IMG/VR virus record: IMGVR_UViG_3300015371_000021
Location: 1 to 64,000 of that record
Source of the DNA: a virus
Direction: 5' to 3' (one strand)
Length of the DNA stretch: 64,000 nt
Shown: positions 24,708 through 35,396 of the stretch, one piece after another
Position numbering within the stretch: position 1 is the first letter of the stretch
How the letters are laid out: each line of letters opens with the position of its first letter
The notes under the pieces: model-generated
The model's input: only the letters and a program-made list of their open reading frames with translations
What the model was told of the DNA's origin: nothing
Databases searched by the model: none
Position numbers and translations under genes: made by a program

Positions 24708-26489
24708 TCACACCGGCCGCCGGTAGTTTACTTGAATCGCGGTCGATGCTGGGGTGCCGGTGACGCCAGAAATCACCATCGTCACGTGCTGGCCGCTGTT
24801 GACGGTATTGGCCGCGCTGCAAGTGGACGTCGTGCGGCTTGCGGCTGAGACGACGATGGCGTTGCAGCCGGTTACCGGCGTACCGTTGATCTGAATCGAC
24901 ACGGTAAAGGTGCCACCCGTTGTGTAATAGGTGATGGTGTCGATCGTGCCGGCGCCCCAGGGCCATGTGTCGATGACCGGGATCGTGTCATTGCTGACAG
25001 CAACCGTCGCGCCCCACCAGGCGGTGAGGGTGCTGGTCGTGTTGCCGATGGTCAGCACAGCAGCGCCTGACAAAGCGAGCGGCGCGGTCGCGGTCAGCGT
25101 GCCGCCCGAGGCGCCGGCCAGGCAGGTCGGGCAGGTAAAGTTGCCGGTGCCGTTATTGTAGACCAGCGGTGCGGTGGCGCTGAATCCGGTGAGTGACGCG
25201 TATGGCCCTTGGGTAAAGCCATTGAACCGGCCGAACAGCCCCTGCGTGGTGCACCAGATCATGCCGTTGGTGGGAGATGTCGGCGCGGTGCCTTGCGGGC
25301 AGATCAGGTTGGCGCCAACGCCAGTCGAGGCCGCTGTGGTTAATGTGCCGGAGAAGGTGGCAGCGGCGATCGTGGCGGTGCCGCTGATGACTGGATTGGT
25401 CAGTGTTGCTGTGGGAATGGTCAATGCTGTTGGCAGCGTGGTGGCGAACGCTGGCAGAGAGGCGCCATTGCTGACCAGCACGGCGTTGGGGAGTTGCCCC
25501 AGGCACGTTACCGACGTGCCGGACGCCGCGTAGTAAGCCAGCGCTGGCGCACTGCCGCAGTTGCCGACTGTGCCGCCGCCGCCTGACCCGCCGCCGGGAG
25601 GTGCGCCGCCGTCGATCGCCGTGCCGTTTGCCGAGGTGACGATGGCGTTGCCAGGAACGAAGGTACCGGTTGCGGTGAGCAGGCGCGGGCCGTTGCCTTG
25701 ACCGTTGACGGTGCCGCCGAGCGCCACAACTTGGCCGGCGACGTTGATCTGCAGGTTGGACGGATTGGACAACTGCACCCAGGTGCCGGCGTTGTTGCGA
25801 TAGCTGAAGCATCCAGTACCGGCGCCGGCACCTTCCGAGCCGTTGCGGCAATCGCTGGTCCAGACCCACAGGCTGGCGGCGCCCGAGCCGGGCAGCGCAC
25901 CGATCGTGGTGGACAAGAATGACACCGGCCCGCCGAACGACGTGGTGGCGCCGTTATTGGCGATCTGGAAGGTCGGGCCTGTGCTGGTGATCGAGGGCGC
26001 GGTGATTGCGCCGGTGACGCCAAGGGTTGAGCTTAGCGTGGTGGCGCCCGAGACGCCGAGCGTGCCGGTGATCGTGGTGTTGCCGGACGCTAGAGTCCCG
26101 ACCAGCGTGGTGTTGCCGGTGACGCGGAGCGAGGACAGCGTGGTGAGGCCGGCGGGGATGTTCACCGGCGAGCTGAATGTGGTGACACCGGTGACGGAGA
26201 GGCTGCCGCCGATGATGGTATTGCCGGAGGCCGTGATGGTTGAGGCGACGACTGGGAAGCCCGAGCCGACCAGCGTGCCGAGGGTGAACTTGACCGACTG
26301 GTTCGATCGCGTCGGGCCGACCGCCTGCTGGCCGAGCACAATGTCGTTGATCTGCGGATTGACCCCTTCCGCCTGGCAGGCGGTGGAATTCGGCACCGTG
26401 GTGAGGCAGGCGGGCTGCGAGCGGGCGCTGGCGATCGACGCCAGGATCAGGGCTAGGGTGATGAAGAGGGCAGAGAGGTAGCGTCGCAT
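24708..26489 (-). CDS. signal-peptide-bearing fibre/adhesin-like protein
   Basis: MRRYLSALFITLALILASIASA; G/T/S-rich beta repeats, 12 Cys. Confidence 0.75.
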   Translation of the reverse strand: MRRYLSALFITLALILASIASARSQPACLTTVPNSTACQAEGVNPQINDIVLGQQAVGPTRSNQSVKFTLGTLVGSGFPVVASTITASGNTIIGGSLSVTGVTTFSSPVNIPAGLTTLSSLRVTGNTTLVGTLASGNTTITGTLGVSGATTLSSTLGVTGAITAPSITSTGPTFQIANNGATTSFGGPVSFLSTTIGALPGSGAASLWVWTSDCRNGSEGAGAGTGCFSYRNNAGTWVQLSNPSNLQINVAGQVVALGGTVNGQGNGPRLLTATGTFVPGNAIVTSANGTAIDGGAPPGGGSGGGGTVGNCGSAPALAYYAASGTSVTCLGQLPNAVLVSNGASLPAFATTLPTALTIPTATLTNPVISGTATIAAATFSGTLTTAASTGVGANLICPQGTAPTSPTNGMIWCTTQGLFGRFNGFTQGPYASLTGFSATAPLVYNNGTGNFTCPTCLAGASGGTLTATAPLALSGAAVLTIGNTTSTLTAWWGATVAVSNDTIPVIDTWPWGAGTIDTITYYTTGGTFTVSIQINGTPVTGCNAIVVSAASRTTSTCSAANTVNSGQHVTMVISGVTGTPASTAIQVNYRRPV

Positions 26490-26652
26490 ATCGCGCAGTC
26501 CATCCAGGATGTGCGCTTACGGGACGCCCGAAGCCAGCCACCCTACCGCGCGCGGGTGTCACGGTTCAAGTTGCAGCGTCGTTAGGTTTGGGAGTATGCT
26601 GTGCGCCTGGACCTACCCCTTGCGCCGGCCGCGGTAATGGTCGGCGCTTCTT

Positions 26653-29600
26653 TTATGGCGCATGCTCCTGGGCGCGACGGAAACGCTCCTTTACTTCTGG
26701 CGTGCCGGTCTGTTCGATCATCCGCCTAGTCCGCCCTGATATCGTCGGGTTTTGTGTTTGGCGGATGAAGCGCCCGATCTCTCGCGGCTCCATGCCGAGA
26801 CGGCGCAGCTCCACCCAGGCGCCCTCGGTGTCGCCGTTGATGATTTGCTTTCTGATGTCGGGCATCGCCTTTTGCAGCGCGTATTCGTTGCGCTGTCTCT
26901 GGGCAAGGGCCTCGCCCGCGGCCCGCCCGCCCGGCACACCCTGGCTGACCGTGAAGGCCCCGGTCAGCGGGCCCAGCAGCTTCATCGCTGAGACGCCGGG
27001 ATCAGCCTGCGTCTTCTGCCCTAGCGCATACTGCTGGAATAGTTCCTTGCCGCCCTGGAGCATCATCGTCGGCCCCCAGTTGCTGGCCAGGTGCTGGACG
27101 ATGGCGCCAGCGGTATCGAGCCAATCGCCCATGGTTTCTGGGTGCGGCGGTAACTGTGCCCGGCCCAGCGTGTCATAGCCCATGCCTAGTTCAAGGAACG
27201 GACGCACAGGGACCGGCCCGGGCGAGAGCTTGTTCATTAGCATCGGGCCGAAGTGGATTGGCCAATTGATGAACTCCTTGCCGACCTTGCCGGGCGGCAA
27301 GCTCAGGTAAATGCCGCGCCCGTTGCTGTCGACGCCGGCATAGACATGGTCCTGCTTGCCGGGCTCGTTCCAATGCTGCGGCAGCACACCGAAGATGCTG
27401 AGCGGGTTATGCGTGACAGCGTCATGGAGTGAGAAGGCTGCCTGGTCATACCAGTCGTTGAAGACGTTTTGTGCCGTTTCTGGTAGGTTGCTTGCATACG
27501 ACTTCATCTTGGTGACGAGCGGGTCGTCAGACGAACCTCCCACCGGATTGTCGCGCAGCACCTGCAGCCCGGCCTGCACAAGCGCGTTGGCGATGTAGAA
27601 GAAGCCGATGTCCAGCGCGACGGCAGCTCGCGCCTCACGCTTCATATGCTGCTTTGCCGACTTGGCTACATCAGGCCCAGCCATCTCCTCGATCCGGGCG
27701 CGGATATGCGACGGCGCGCCGTTAAACATATCCTTCAGCACGCCAGCGTTGCCCAGCGTGAACGAGCGCGAGAACAGCAGCAGGTTCGCCGCCATGTTGG
27801 CGCCCTTGCTGAGGTGCTCAGGCGGTAGCGCGCCGGCGTAGCGATTGGCAAAGTGCGCCCCTATCGTCGCGGCGACATCGGGAGCGAAACCCTTTTTCTG
27901 AGCCTCTTTCGTCATATGGTTGTAGATGCCGACCTGGAGATCGAAAACCTTGTCCCACAGCAGCCGCTGGTGCACTTGTTCCCAGGCGTGCGGGATAGCC
28001 ATAACCGCACGGCGAAACGCACCCTCAGACACCGGCTCGCGCGCCTCATCAGCAATCGAGGCAAGATCGACCCAACCGCTACGGGCACGGCCAAGTGGGG
28101 CGAGCCCGTGTTGAATTGCCCGATCCATGTAATCGAGGTCCTGCCGTAGTACCCGGCCATCGCGCAGCGCTTGGAGCGTCAGCACGCGCATCGGCATGAC
28201 CGCCAAAGCGCGCCCCATCTCGACGCCTAGATGGATGTAGGGGGAGGCCATAATGACCGACATTAGGCCACTCTTGCCGCTCTGCAGCGTCCTGTACCAC
28301 TGCGGCGACTTCTCGGTGATGACCGCCTTTATGGGTCCTTCAAATCCAACTGGGATGCGGATATCGCGGTAGCCTGTGCCGGTCCATTCGCGAAATGCCG
28401 GATGGTTCGGCATGGTGGTGTAGTCGGCGGGGTTGAGCAGGCCGGGAATATCCCCCCGCACCACTGTCTGCACGCCGGTCTCTTTTCCGACCCTATCGAT
28501 CTTGTCGATCAGATCACGCGCAATGATTGCTCGCTGGATCGAGGATAGGACGTTCGGCAACGCGCGAATGTCACGCACCATCTGCGCCTCAGGCCCGAGC
28601 TTGGCCTGTGCTGCCGCCTCAGTTTCCTCCGGTGTCAGATGCTCACGTCGCATCGGCCCGGCGGTGCTGGACAGATTGCCGCGTTGGTCAATGGTGATCG
28701 ACGCGCCCGTCCCGCCCTGCGGCCGGGTGAAGCCTTGCTCTTCGGACCACATCAACATGCGGCGCGGCATGTAATAGGGCAGACCTTGCGCCTCGGGCGC
28801 CACCATCCCGCGCTCTTGCATCTGATGCCAAAGGTTTTGCGAGATGGCGTCCAGCGCATCGATCATCTGGCGTTGTGGCTCGCTAAGGCCGGTGAGCCCG
28901 GTGTGGCCAGCATCAAACTCGGCGCGCGCCGCATCGCGCATGTCCGGCGGCATCTGCCGCACCTGCTGCTCGAACACAGACTGAGCGTCCATGGCCCGCC
29001 CCATGGCATCACGCTCTTGGCGACCGAACTTGCTTTTGATGCCGCGGTCGATCTCATTGAAGTGGTAGTTGTTCTGCCGCATCAGATTGGCGACGTCGGC
29101 GAGCGATGCTTGAGCGAATGTGTCGCCCTTGCCCATTGGAAAGAGCATGTCGTCGCGGAACGATTTGGCGATTGCGGCCGAGTTGTCTCGGAGACCCCGC
29201 AGGGGCTTTGCCAGCGGGCCGAATGCGCGCTTCCACGCCTCGGGATCGAACAGCGCGCCGGGGAATGAGTAGAGCTGCGCGCCGGGTGACTGGTCCCTGC
29301 GAGCCTCTACCTCCGCCATAAACTGGTCGCGCGTCTTACCCTCAGTCTCGATGCCGTGTTGCGACGCGAGGCGGTCAATTTCGGAATTGGCGAATTTGGC
29401 GCGCTCATAATTGGCGACCGACGCGTCGTCGAGCATCGAGTAGCGCGGCCGATACTTCAGGTCATCGTTCAGCGCGTCGCGAAGATCATTGATCGATGGG
29501 CGCTGATCGCCGAGATCGGGGAAGTAGCCAGCCTCCCAGGCGCGCAGCGCGGCTTCATCCATCGGCAAGCCGGTTTTGCTGATCAGGCCCGGCCGATATT

Positions 29601-31188
29601 TGGCGCCCCCGAGGGTGGAACGGACATCGCCCCCCTCATCGCTTATGCCGCCTTGGCGACGCAGGAATTGCGAAAGCCGTTCCGGCTCCTTGGGAGTTGG
29701 CTCGTAGGGTGTTATCTGCTCTAACGCTGGATTTTCGGCAGATTTGGCAAAATTTTCGGGAGCTTCTGTGGGCGGCGGTTCGCCGAAAGGCGGTTCCTCG
29801 GGGAGCTGGGTTTCGGCTTTCGGTGGGGCGGCTTGCGGCGGGGGCTCCGGCTCCGTCCCAGCCTTACGTTGCAGCGCATCAATCGCGCCTTCTGCCGGCT
29901 CACCAGCGGCGGCCTTCTGCAGATCGGCGACGCCTTCGGCTTCCGGCGCTGCCTCGCGTGCTGCGTTCCGCTCGCGCGCCTGTGCCGCCATCCGATCGAG
30001 CGCGGGGATGCCTGTAGATTGAGCCGCGGGGGGACTTGGCTCTGCAGCAGCCGCGTCCCCCTTTGGAGCGGTGACGTGGACGGTAGGCAGCCCTTGCTCG
30101 ACCTCGGGAACTGCCGCCGTTGGTTCGGCCCGCACCGCAGGACCACGCGCTCCGTGCAGTTCCGGCGCGCCGGTCTGCAGCCAGTCCATCACCTCGCCAA
30201 CGGCTTTCCCCGCGTCTTTGCCGCCAAAGTATTTGGCCGCCTGCGTGGCTGCTTCTGAGCCGGCAGCGATGACGGTATTGATCGCGCCTAGCGGCACGAT
30301 GGGCTGGGTCAGTCCGGCCATGCCATGCTGCGATAGCCACTGGCCAGGTCCCGACTGAGGATTAATCAGCGGTGGCGCCGACGTGTAGCCCTTGGCTGCC
30401 GCCTCATTGACTGCTTCCCCTGCCTCAGCGAGCGCTGCGTGCCGCTGCTGCAATTCCTTTCCGTAGTTGGCCCATGGCATGGATGATGGCGCGGGTGCCG
30501 TGGCGGCATCGTTCGCCAGCTCGCCCTCGGATGGCCCGACGCCGGGCGGTGACTGCGGATGTTCTGCTGAAGTCGGCTGGTCTAGTTCCGCAGGTGGGAG
30601 CCGCCCGGGGCGCGGGTTAAGCCCGAGGTGCTTATAGACCGCGTCGTCGCCGTAGCCGGCCTGGCGTGCTGCCTCGAACTTCGGCCCCCAAGTCTTGGAC
30701 TGGCGTAGGTAGTCGCCGATCTGCTGGTCGTTGAAGCCAGACTTGCGCGCAGTTTCGATCTGCTCACGGATGTTGGGCTGCTGCGGGGCTTCGGCGACCT
30801 GCTCCGGCTCGCGTTCACGCGCTGCTACGCGCCGGGTGTAGTCGGCATGGACCTTCCGTGCGTAGCCCTCGACATCGTCCGTCGCTCTGCCGCCAGGTCC
30901 AGCGTAGTAGGCCATGACCGCAGCCGCTGGGTCCCCGCCAAGTTTATCAGCGTTTTGGCGCAGGTAGCGTGCGGTGCCGTGGATGGCATCCGGCGCCCAG
31001 GTCGGGTTGATACCAAGCTCGCGTGCGGTGCCCGGCATGAACTGGCCGCGCCCTAAGGCTCCGGTTGACGATATCGCGTTGTCGTTGTCACCACCGCTTT
31101 CGACATGGTGCACAGCGCGGATCAGATCGGGGTCGATGCCGTTGGCCCGGCCCGCGTCTTCATAGACGCTGTCGTAAGTCTCGCTCAC
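26653..31188 (-). CDS. large internal virion (ejection) protein with N-terminal lytic transglycosylase
   Basis: IDPDLIRAVHHVESGG..AISSTGALGRGQFMPGTA..AVMAYYAG SLT motifs; 1511 aa. Confidence 0.85.
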   Translation of the reverse strand: MSETYDSVYEDAGRANGIDPDLIRAVHHVESGGDNDNAISSTGALGRGQFMPGTARELGINPTWAPDAIHGTARYLRQNADKLGGDPAAAVMAYYAGPGGRATDDVEGYARKVHADYTRRVAAREREPEQVAEAPQQPNIREQIETARKSGFNDQQIGDYLRQSKTWGPKFEAARQAGYGDDAVYKHLGLNPRPGRLPPAELDQPTSAEHPQSPPGVGPSEGELANDAATAPAPSSMPWANYGKELQQRHAALAEAGEAVNEAAAKGYTSAPPLINPQSGPGQWLSQHGMAGLTQPIVPLGAINTVIAAGSEAATQAAKYFGGKDAGKAVGEVMDWLQTGAPELHGARGPAVRAEPTAAVPEVEQGLPTVHVTAPKGDAAAAEPSPPAAQSTGIPALDRMAAQARERNAAREAAPEAEGVADLQKAAAGEPAEGAIDALQRKAGTEPEPPPQAAPPKAETQLPEEPPFGEPPPTEAPENFAKSAENPALEQITPYEPTPKEPERLSQFLRRQGGISDEGGDVRSTLGGAKYRPGLISKTGLPMDEAALRAWEAGYFPDLGDQRPSINDLRDALNDDLKYRPRYSMLDDASVANYERAKFANSEIDRLASQHGIETEGKTRDQFMAEVEARRDQSPGAQLYSFPGALFDPEAWKRAFGPLAKPLRGLRDNSAAIAKSFRDDMLFPMGKGDTFAQASLADVANLMRQNNYHFNEIDRGIKSKFGRQERDAMGRAMDAQSVFEQQVRQMPPDMRDAARAEFDAGHTGLTGLSEPQRQMIDALDAISQNLWHQMQERGMVAPEAQGLPYYMPRRMLMWSEEQGFTRPQGGTGASITIDQRGNLSSTAGPMRREHLTPEETEAAAQAKLGPEAQMVRDIRALPNVLSSIQRAIIARDLIDKIDRVGKETGVQTVVRGDIPGLLNPADYTTMPNHPAFREWTGTGYRDIRIPVGFEGPIKAVITEKSPQWYRTLQSGKSGLMSVIMASPYIHLGVEMGRALAVMPMRVLTLQALRDGRVLRQDLDYMDRAIQHGLAPLGRARSGWVDLASIADEAREPVSEGAFRRAVMAIPHAWEQVHQRLLWDKVFDLQVGIYNHMTKEAQKKGFAPDVAATIGAHFANRYAGALPPEHLSKGANMAANLLLFSRSFTLGNAGVLKDMFNGAPSHIRARIEEMAGPDVAKSAKQHMKREARAAVALDIGFFYIANALVQAGLQVLRDNPVGGSSDDPLVTKMKSYASNLPETAQNVFNDWYDQAAFSLHDAVTHNPLSIFGVLPQHWNEPGKQDHVYAGVDSNGRGIYLSLPPGKVGKEFINWPIHFGPMLMNKLSPGPVPVRPFLELGMGYDTLGRAQLPPHPETMGDWLDTAGAIVQHLASNWGPTMMLQGGKELFQQYALGQKTQADPGVSAMKLLGPLTGAFTVSQGVPGGRAAGEALAQRQRNEYALQKAMPDIRKQIINGDTEGAWVELRRLGMEPREIGRFIRQTQNPTISGRTRRMIEQTGTPEVKERFRRAQEHAP

Positions 31189-34100
31189 TGGCCGAAGATG
31201 TTCTCAAGCGATGGGCCGCCTTCCGGCGGAGTGCCGACAGCACCAGTCGCGGGCGGACTAAGTTCCTGCTTGATCTGGCGGTTAATGTTGAGAGCCTTTT
31301 GCTTGGCCTGATCCGGCGTCATCTTGCCGCCCATCAGCATGTCGTTCGTCAGGATTTTGATGGCGTCCGTGGTGAGCTTGGAGACTTCGGTGCTGTAAGC
31401 CTTCTCCTGCGCGCTACCCTTCTGCCAGCCGAACTTTTGACGCGCCAGGTCGAGTGCCTGATCGCGTGTCTGCTGCGCGGCCATCTGCTGCTCGTGACGC
31501 TGCTGCCTCCAATCCTGGAGGTCGGCGTGCTTTTGAGCGTCTTGGTTAAGCTTCGTGCCTCGGTAATCCTTCAGGTCCATAGCTTTGCCAAAATCGAGGC
31601 CGAGGTGTTGCTCGCGAAGGTTCACGCCCTGCTGGCGAATGTCCCTGTCCTGCTGCCGGAGCGGATACAGGGCCTTGAACTCTTCGTCGCGCCGGGTCTC
31701 GCGCTTGTCCTCCATGATCAGCTGCTGGCGGTGCCACTCGACTTCGTTCGCCAGCCGCTCCGCCGCCTGCTGCTCAGTCTCGCGCATGTGCCGCTGCTGC
31801 GAGTATTGCTGCAGCCCGGCCAGCGCACCGCGGCCGATGTTGGTCAGTGCGTTGGGTGATGTGCCGCCCATCGTGCCGAGCCCGGCATATAGCAGCGCTT
31901 CCCATGGATTGCCGGCTGCAGGCTGACGCACTTGTGGGGCGGCCATCTGGGGCGGTCCGGCCAGCATGCCGTTGCCGGGTGGTCCGCCCATCGGCATTCC
32001 GCCACCCATCGGCCCGATCTGCGGCGCGGGTGGTGGCCCCATGCCCATCGGGGGGCGCACGGGCGGTGCCGCCATGCCCTGACGCTGCGGTGGAATCGGT
32101 GGTGTGGGCAGCACCATGTCGCTCGGCGCCCCTTGCGTGCCTGGTATTGGCTGCGAGGGAGCGAATGAACCAGGCACTTGATCATAGAGCGGACGCGGTA
32201 CGTCGACCGCATTAGGCGGCATGGCGGGGGTGAACTGGGGAGGCGCCTGCGGCTTGTCGTAGATTGCCCAGTCCGGCAGCCCGACCGTAGGCTCGTCGTC
32301 CTCCGGCGAGCCGCCGCCTGCCATGCCACCGCGGGCGCGGTTCAGCATCGGCAGCCAGCCGTCCGCTGTCGGATACGGGCCACGATAGTCCGCGCCAGCA
32401 CCTGCCGCTGGATCGATGCCCGGCACCCCAGCGGTATTGGCCTGGGTCAGCGGTGTGTAGTTCATCGACGGCATGGTTGGGCCGGGGCTCGCCTGCGGCG
32501 GGCCACCCATCGGCAGCGAGGCGAACGAACCGGGCAGAGGCGCGTTGGGCACGGGCGTCGGAGTAGTGGGCGGAGCCTGACCCGAGCCGGCCGAAGCAGT
32601 AGCCGGCGGTGGTGCTGCCCCAGGCGGTGGGGCCGGGGGTATAGCGGACGCCCTGACGGCATCCAAGTAATCGTTGACCGCGCCCATGCCGCCTGACCCC
32701 ACGTTCAGGTGCGGCACTCCCGACTGGACGGAAACTGAGACCGGTGCCGCGCCGCCCGAAGCGCGGCCGGGATAGAAGCTTGGGTTGAAGCCACGATAAT
32801 CCGCCGCCGCGACGGCTGCCGGATCGATGCTCTGCACTCCGGCGTTGGCCAGGGTCGACAATGTGTAGCCGATCGGCTGCCCGCTGGGTCCGACTTGCGG
32901 CAGATTGGAGGTGGCAGCAATCCAGCTGGGTGGGATAGGCGCGAACTGGCCGGGCAAAGGTGCACCCGGAGCTGGCGCTGGAGCCGGGGCTGCTGCTGGT
33001 GCGGGAGCTGGCGCGGGTGGTGCAGGTGGAGCGGGCGGCGGTGTGGCCGACGCCTTGGTGCTTGCCAGGTAATCGTTGATCGACCCCATACCGGGGGCTT
33101 CAGTGCGTCCGACGTTTAGCTGCGGGATGCCTGGCGAGCCGGCATACGACCCCGGCTTGATGGTAACCGACACCGGCGCCTCGCCGCCCGAGGCGCGACC
33201 TGGAATGCGCCCGCCGCGTGCGGCCAGGGCCAACGCCCCGCCTATAGCGCCAGCGCCGGCAGCGGCTGCAGGCGCCGCATCAGCGGCGATGGCGGTCATC
33301 AGCGCCGCATCGCCCAGACCGACGCCGCCGTATGCCAGGCTGGCATCGGTAGCGGCAGCGCCAGCGCCCATACCAAGGGCACCTCCCAACCCGCCAGCTC
33401 CAAACAGTCCGGCTTGGTTCGCTAAGGCAGCCCCACCCAATGCGGTCATACCCGCGCCGGCGATCTGCGAGGCCGGCGACGCGCCAGGATACCTGGTCGA
33501 TGACGTGCCGCCCGCCGCGCCGCCCAGGCCTGAGGCGATGCCCGCCTCCCAGCCGGCTGTCTGGTACGGCCAGGACTGCGCCGCGAGCCACTGCTGGTAG
33601 GGGATGTTGAGCGACTGCTGCGCCTGCTGTTGTTCCAGGTTGCCGGCGCCCATCAGCGCGTTTGCGCCGGTCAACGTGTTGTTCAGCGCTTGGTTGCCGA
33701 GCCCGGCCATACCGGCTGCGGCCTGATTGTTTAGCCAGGCGTTAGCCTCGCGCGCCCCCAGCTGCATCTGCGCTTGCTGCGCCGCAGCATTGGCGGCGTT
33801 CTGATACAGTCCACCGGCTGCTTGGCTTCCCTGGATGCCGAGCGGGCCCTGCTGCAGGGCGTTCTGCATCGTCTGGCCATAAAGGCTTCCTTCGAGCCCC
33901 AGCGTCTGATTGCTCAGCCCGGCCTGCTGCAAGGCGTTCTGTGCGCCCTGACTATAGAGGCTGCCCTGTAGCTGCTGGCCCTGGAGACCAAGGCCTGCCT
34001 GTTGCAGTGCTTGCTGTGCTCCCTGGTTGTAGATGTTGCTCTGCAGCTGCTGGCCCTGCAGGCCGAGGCCGGCTTGCTGGAGCGCGTTCTGTGCTGCGTT

Positions 34101-35396
34101 TTGGTAGAGCTGGCCTTGCAATCCGGCACCCTGCAGGCCCTGTCCGGCTTGTTGGAGTGCGTTCTGTGCCGCTTGATTGTAGATGCCGGCCTGCCCCAAC
34201 TGACCCTGTAGTCCGAGCTGGCCTTGCGCCAGGCCGGTCTGGGCCGCTTGACCGTAGAGCCCACCGGCCAGCCCAAGGCTCGATAGCTGCGCCTGTTGGT
34301 TCGCCAGGTGCGCCTGCTGCTGTTGCTGCGCCGTCGCGACCGCCTGCTGGTAGCCCTGGCTTTCCAGTCCGGCGATGACGGGCGCCTGTGCCAGCTGCTG
34401 TTGGTTCGCTAGCGTGCTTTGCGCGATCGCCTCACGGTCGCCGCCAAAGGCGCCGGCCGACACCGCGTTACCCGACAGCTGGTTGGACTGCTGGCGGTTC
34501 TGGTTGTTGAACTGCGCCTGGGTCTTGGCGACGACATTGTCCAGGTAGGGATTGAGGTACTGATTGATCTGCTGCGGACCGAGCTGCTGGAATTGCCCGA
34601 TCGTGTCAGGGGCGATGCCGGCAATGCCGCGCATTCCGCCGACGTCCATGCCGGACTGACCGATCGCACCGCCCGTGATGCCGGGGATGCCACCAGCAGC
34701 CTGCTGCATCGCAGCAACGTTCGCGTTGCTCTGGTTATTATAGCCCTGCAGCATGCCAGGGATGCCGCCTGCTACCCCATACTGCGCACCAATGCCGGCA
34801 TTGCTCTGGCCAAAATAGTTCTGCAGTGCCGGCTGCACCGCATCGGCGATACCATACATCGAGCCGACGGCAGCGTTGTTCTGCCCGAAGTAGTTCTGCA
34901 GCGCCGGCTGCACCGCATCGGCGACGTTCTGCATGCCGCCGACGTACTGATTGCTCTGGCCTAGGTAGTTCTGTAGCGCAGGGTAGGCCGAGCCGGCGAC
35001 AGTATTGATCGCTCCAGCACTGTTATTCGCGTCGGTGAAAGCGTTGGTGAGGTAGCCGCCAATGCCGTTGGCAATGGCCTGCTGCATGCCGATGCTGGTG
35101 TTCTGGTTCTGAAAGTATGGATCGAGGCTGCCGGCTAGCGGCGTGGTCGCCGCGTTGTAGTAGTCGGCGGCAGCATTGATGTAAGGCGCGGAAATGCCCT
35201 GCGCTGACTGGATGTTGCCGATCGCCGCCTGCTGGTCGGGCGACAGCGGCGCCTGGAGATTTCCGCCGTACTGCTGGTAGGGCTGGGCCGCGAGACCCTG
35301 TGCGTTCTGAACCGCGTGGGTATAGGCGTCGAGGAACTGCTGCGGCGGCTGCTGGTTCTGGACTACTGTATTAGTGCCGCCGCCACCCTTGCACAT
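31185..35396 (-). CDS. DNA ejection/pilot protein, Gln/Gly/Ala-rich with about 25-aa repeats
   Basis: MCKGGGG start, YLNPY..V...AGAFGGDR motif typical of podovirus DNA-transfer proteins. Confidence 0.8.
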   Translation of the reverse strand: MCKGGGGTNTVVQNQQPPQQFLDAYTHAVQNAQGLAAQPYQQYGGNLQAPLSPDQQAAIGNIQSAQGISAPYINAAADYYNAATTPLAGSLDPYFQNQNTSIGMQQAIANGIGGYLTNAFTDANNSAGAINTVAGSAYPALQNYLGQSNQYVGGMQNVADAVQPALQNYFGQNNAAVGSMYGIADAVQPALQNYFGQSNAGIGAQYGVAGGIPGMLQGYNNQSNANVAAMQQAAGGIPGITGGAIGQSGMDVGGMRGIAGIAPDTIGQFQQLGPQQINQYLNPYLDNVVAKTQAQFNNQNRQQSNQLSGNAVSAGAFGGDREAIAQSTLANQQQLAQAPVIAGLESQGYQQAVATAQQQQQAHLANQQAQLSSLGLAGGLYGQAAQTGLAQGQLGLQGQLGQAGIYNQAAQNALQQAGQGLQGAGLQGQLYQNAAQNALQQAGLGLQGQQLQSNIYNQGAQQALQQAGLGLQGQQLQGSLYSQGAQNALQQAGLSNQTLGLEGSLYGQTMQNALQQGPLGIQGSQAAGGLYQNAANAAAQQAQMQLGAREANAWLNNQAAAGMAGLGNQALNNTLTGANALMGAGNLEQQQAQQSLNIPYQQWLAAQSWPYQTAGWEAGIASGLGGAAGGTSSTRYPGASPASQIAGAGMTALGGAALANQAGLFGAGGLGGALGMGAGAAATDASLAYGGVGLGDAALMTAIAADAAPAAAAGAGAIGGALALAARGGRIPGRASGGEAPVSVTIKPGSYAGSPGIPQLNVGRTEAPGMGSINDYLASTKASATPPPAPPAPPAPAPAPAAAPAPAPAPGAPLPGQFAPIPPSWIAATSNLPQVGPSGQPIGYTLSTLANAGVQSIDPAAVAAADYRGFNPSFYPGRASGGAAPVSVSVQSGVPHLNVGSGGMGAVNDYLDAVRASAIPPAPPPGAAPPPATASAGSGQAPPTTPTPVPNAPLPGSFASLPMGGPPQASPGPTMPSMNYTPLTQANTAGVPGIDPAAGAGADYRGPYPTADGWLPMLNRARGGMAGGGSPEDDEPTVGLPDWAIYDKPQAPPQFTPAMPPNAVDVPRPLYDQVPGSFAPSQPIPGTQGAPSDMVLPTPPIPPQRQGMAAPPVRPPMGMGPPPAPQIGPMGGGMPMGGPPGNGMLAGPPQMAAPQVRQPAAGNPWEALLYAGLGTMGGTSPNALTNIGRGALAGLQQYSQQRHMRETEQQAAERLANEVEWHRQQLIMEDKRETRRDEEFKALYPLRQQDRDIRQQGVNLREQHLGLDFGKAMDLKDYRGTKLNQDAQKHADLQDWRQQRHEQQMAAQQTRDQALDLARQKFGWQKGSAQEKAYSTEVSKLTTDAIKILTNDMLMGGKMTPDQAKQKALNINRQIKQELSPPATGAVGTPPEGGPSLENIFGQ

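Noticed and set aside
26490-26652. tRNA-like GGTTCAAG in an intergenic region
   Set aside because: No cloverleaf, acceptor stem or D arm could be built.
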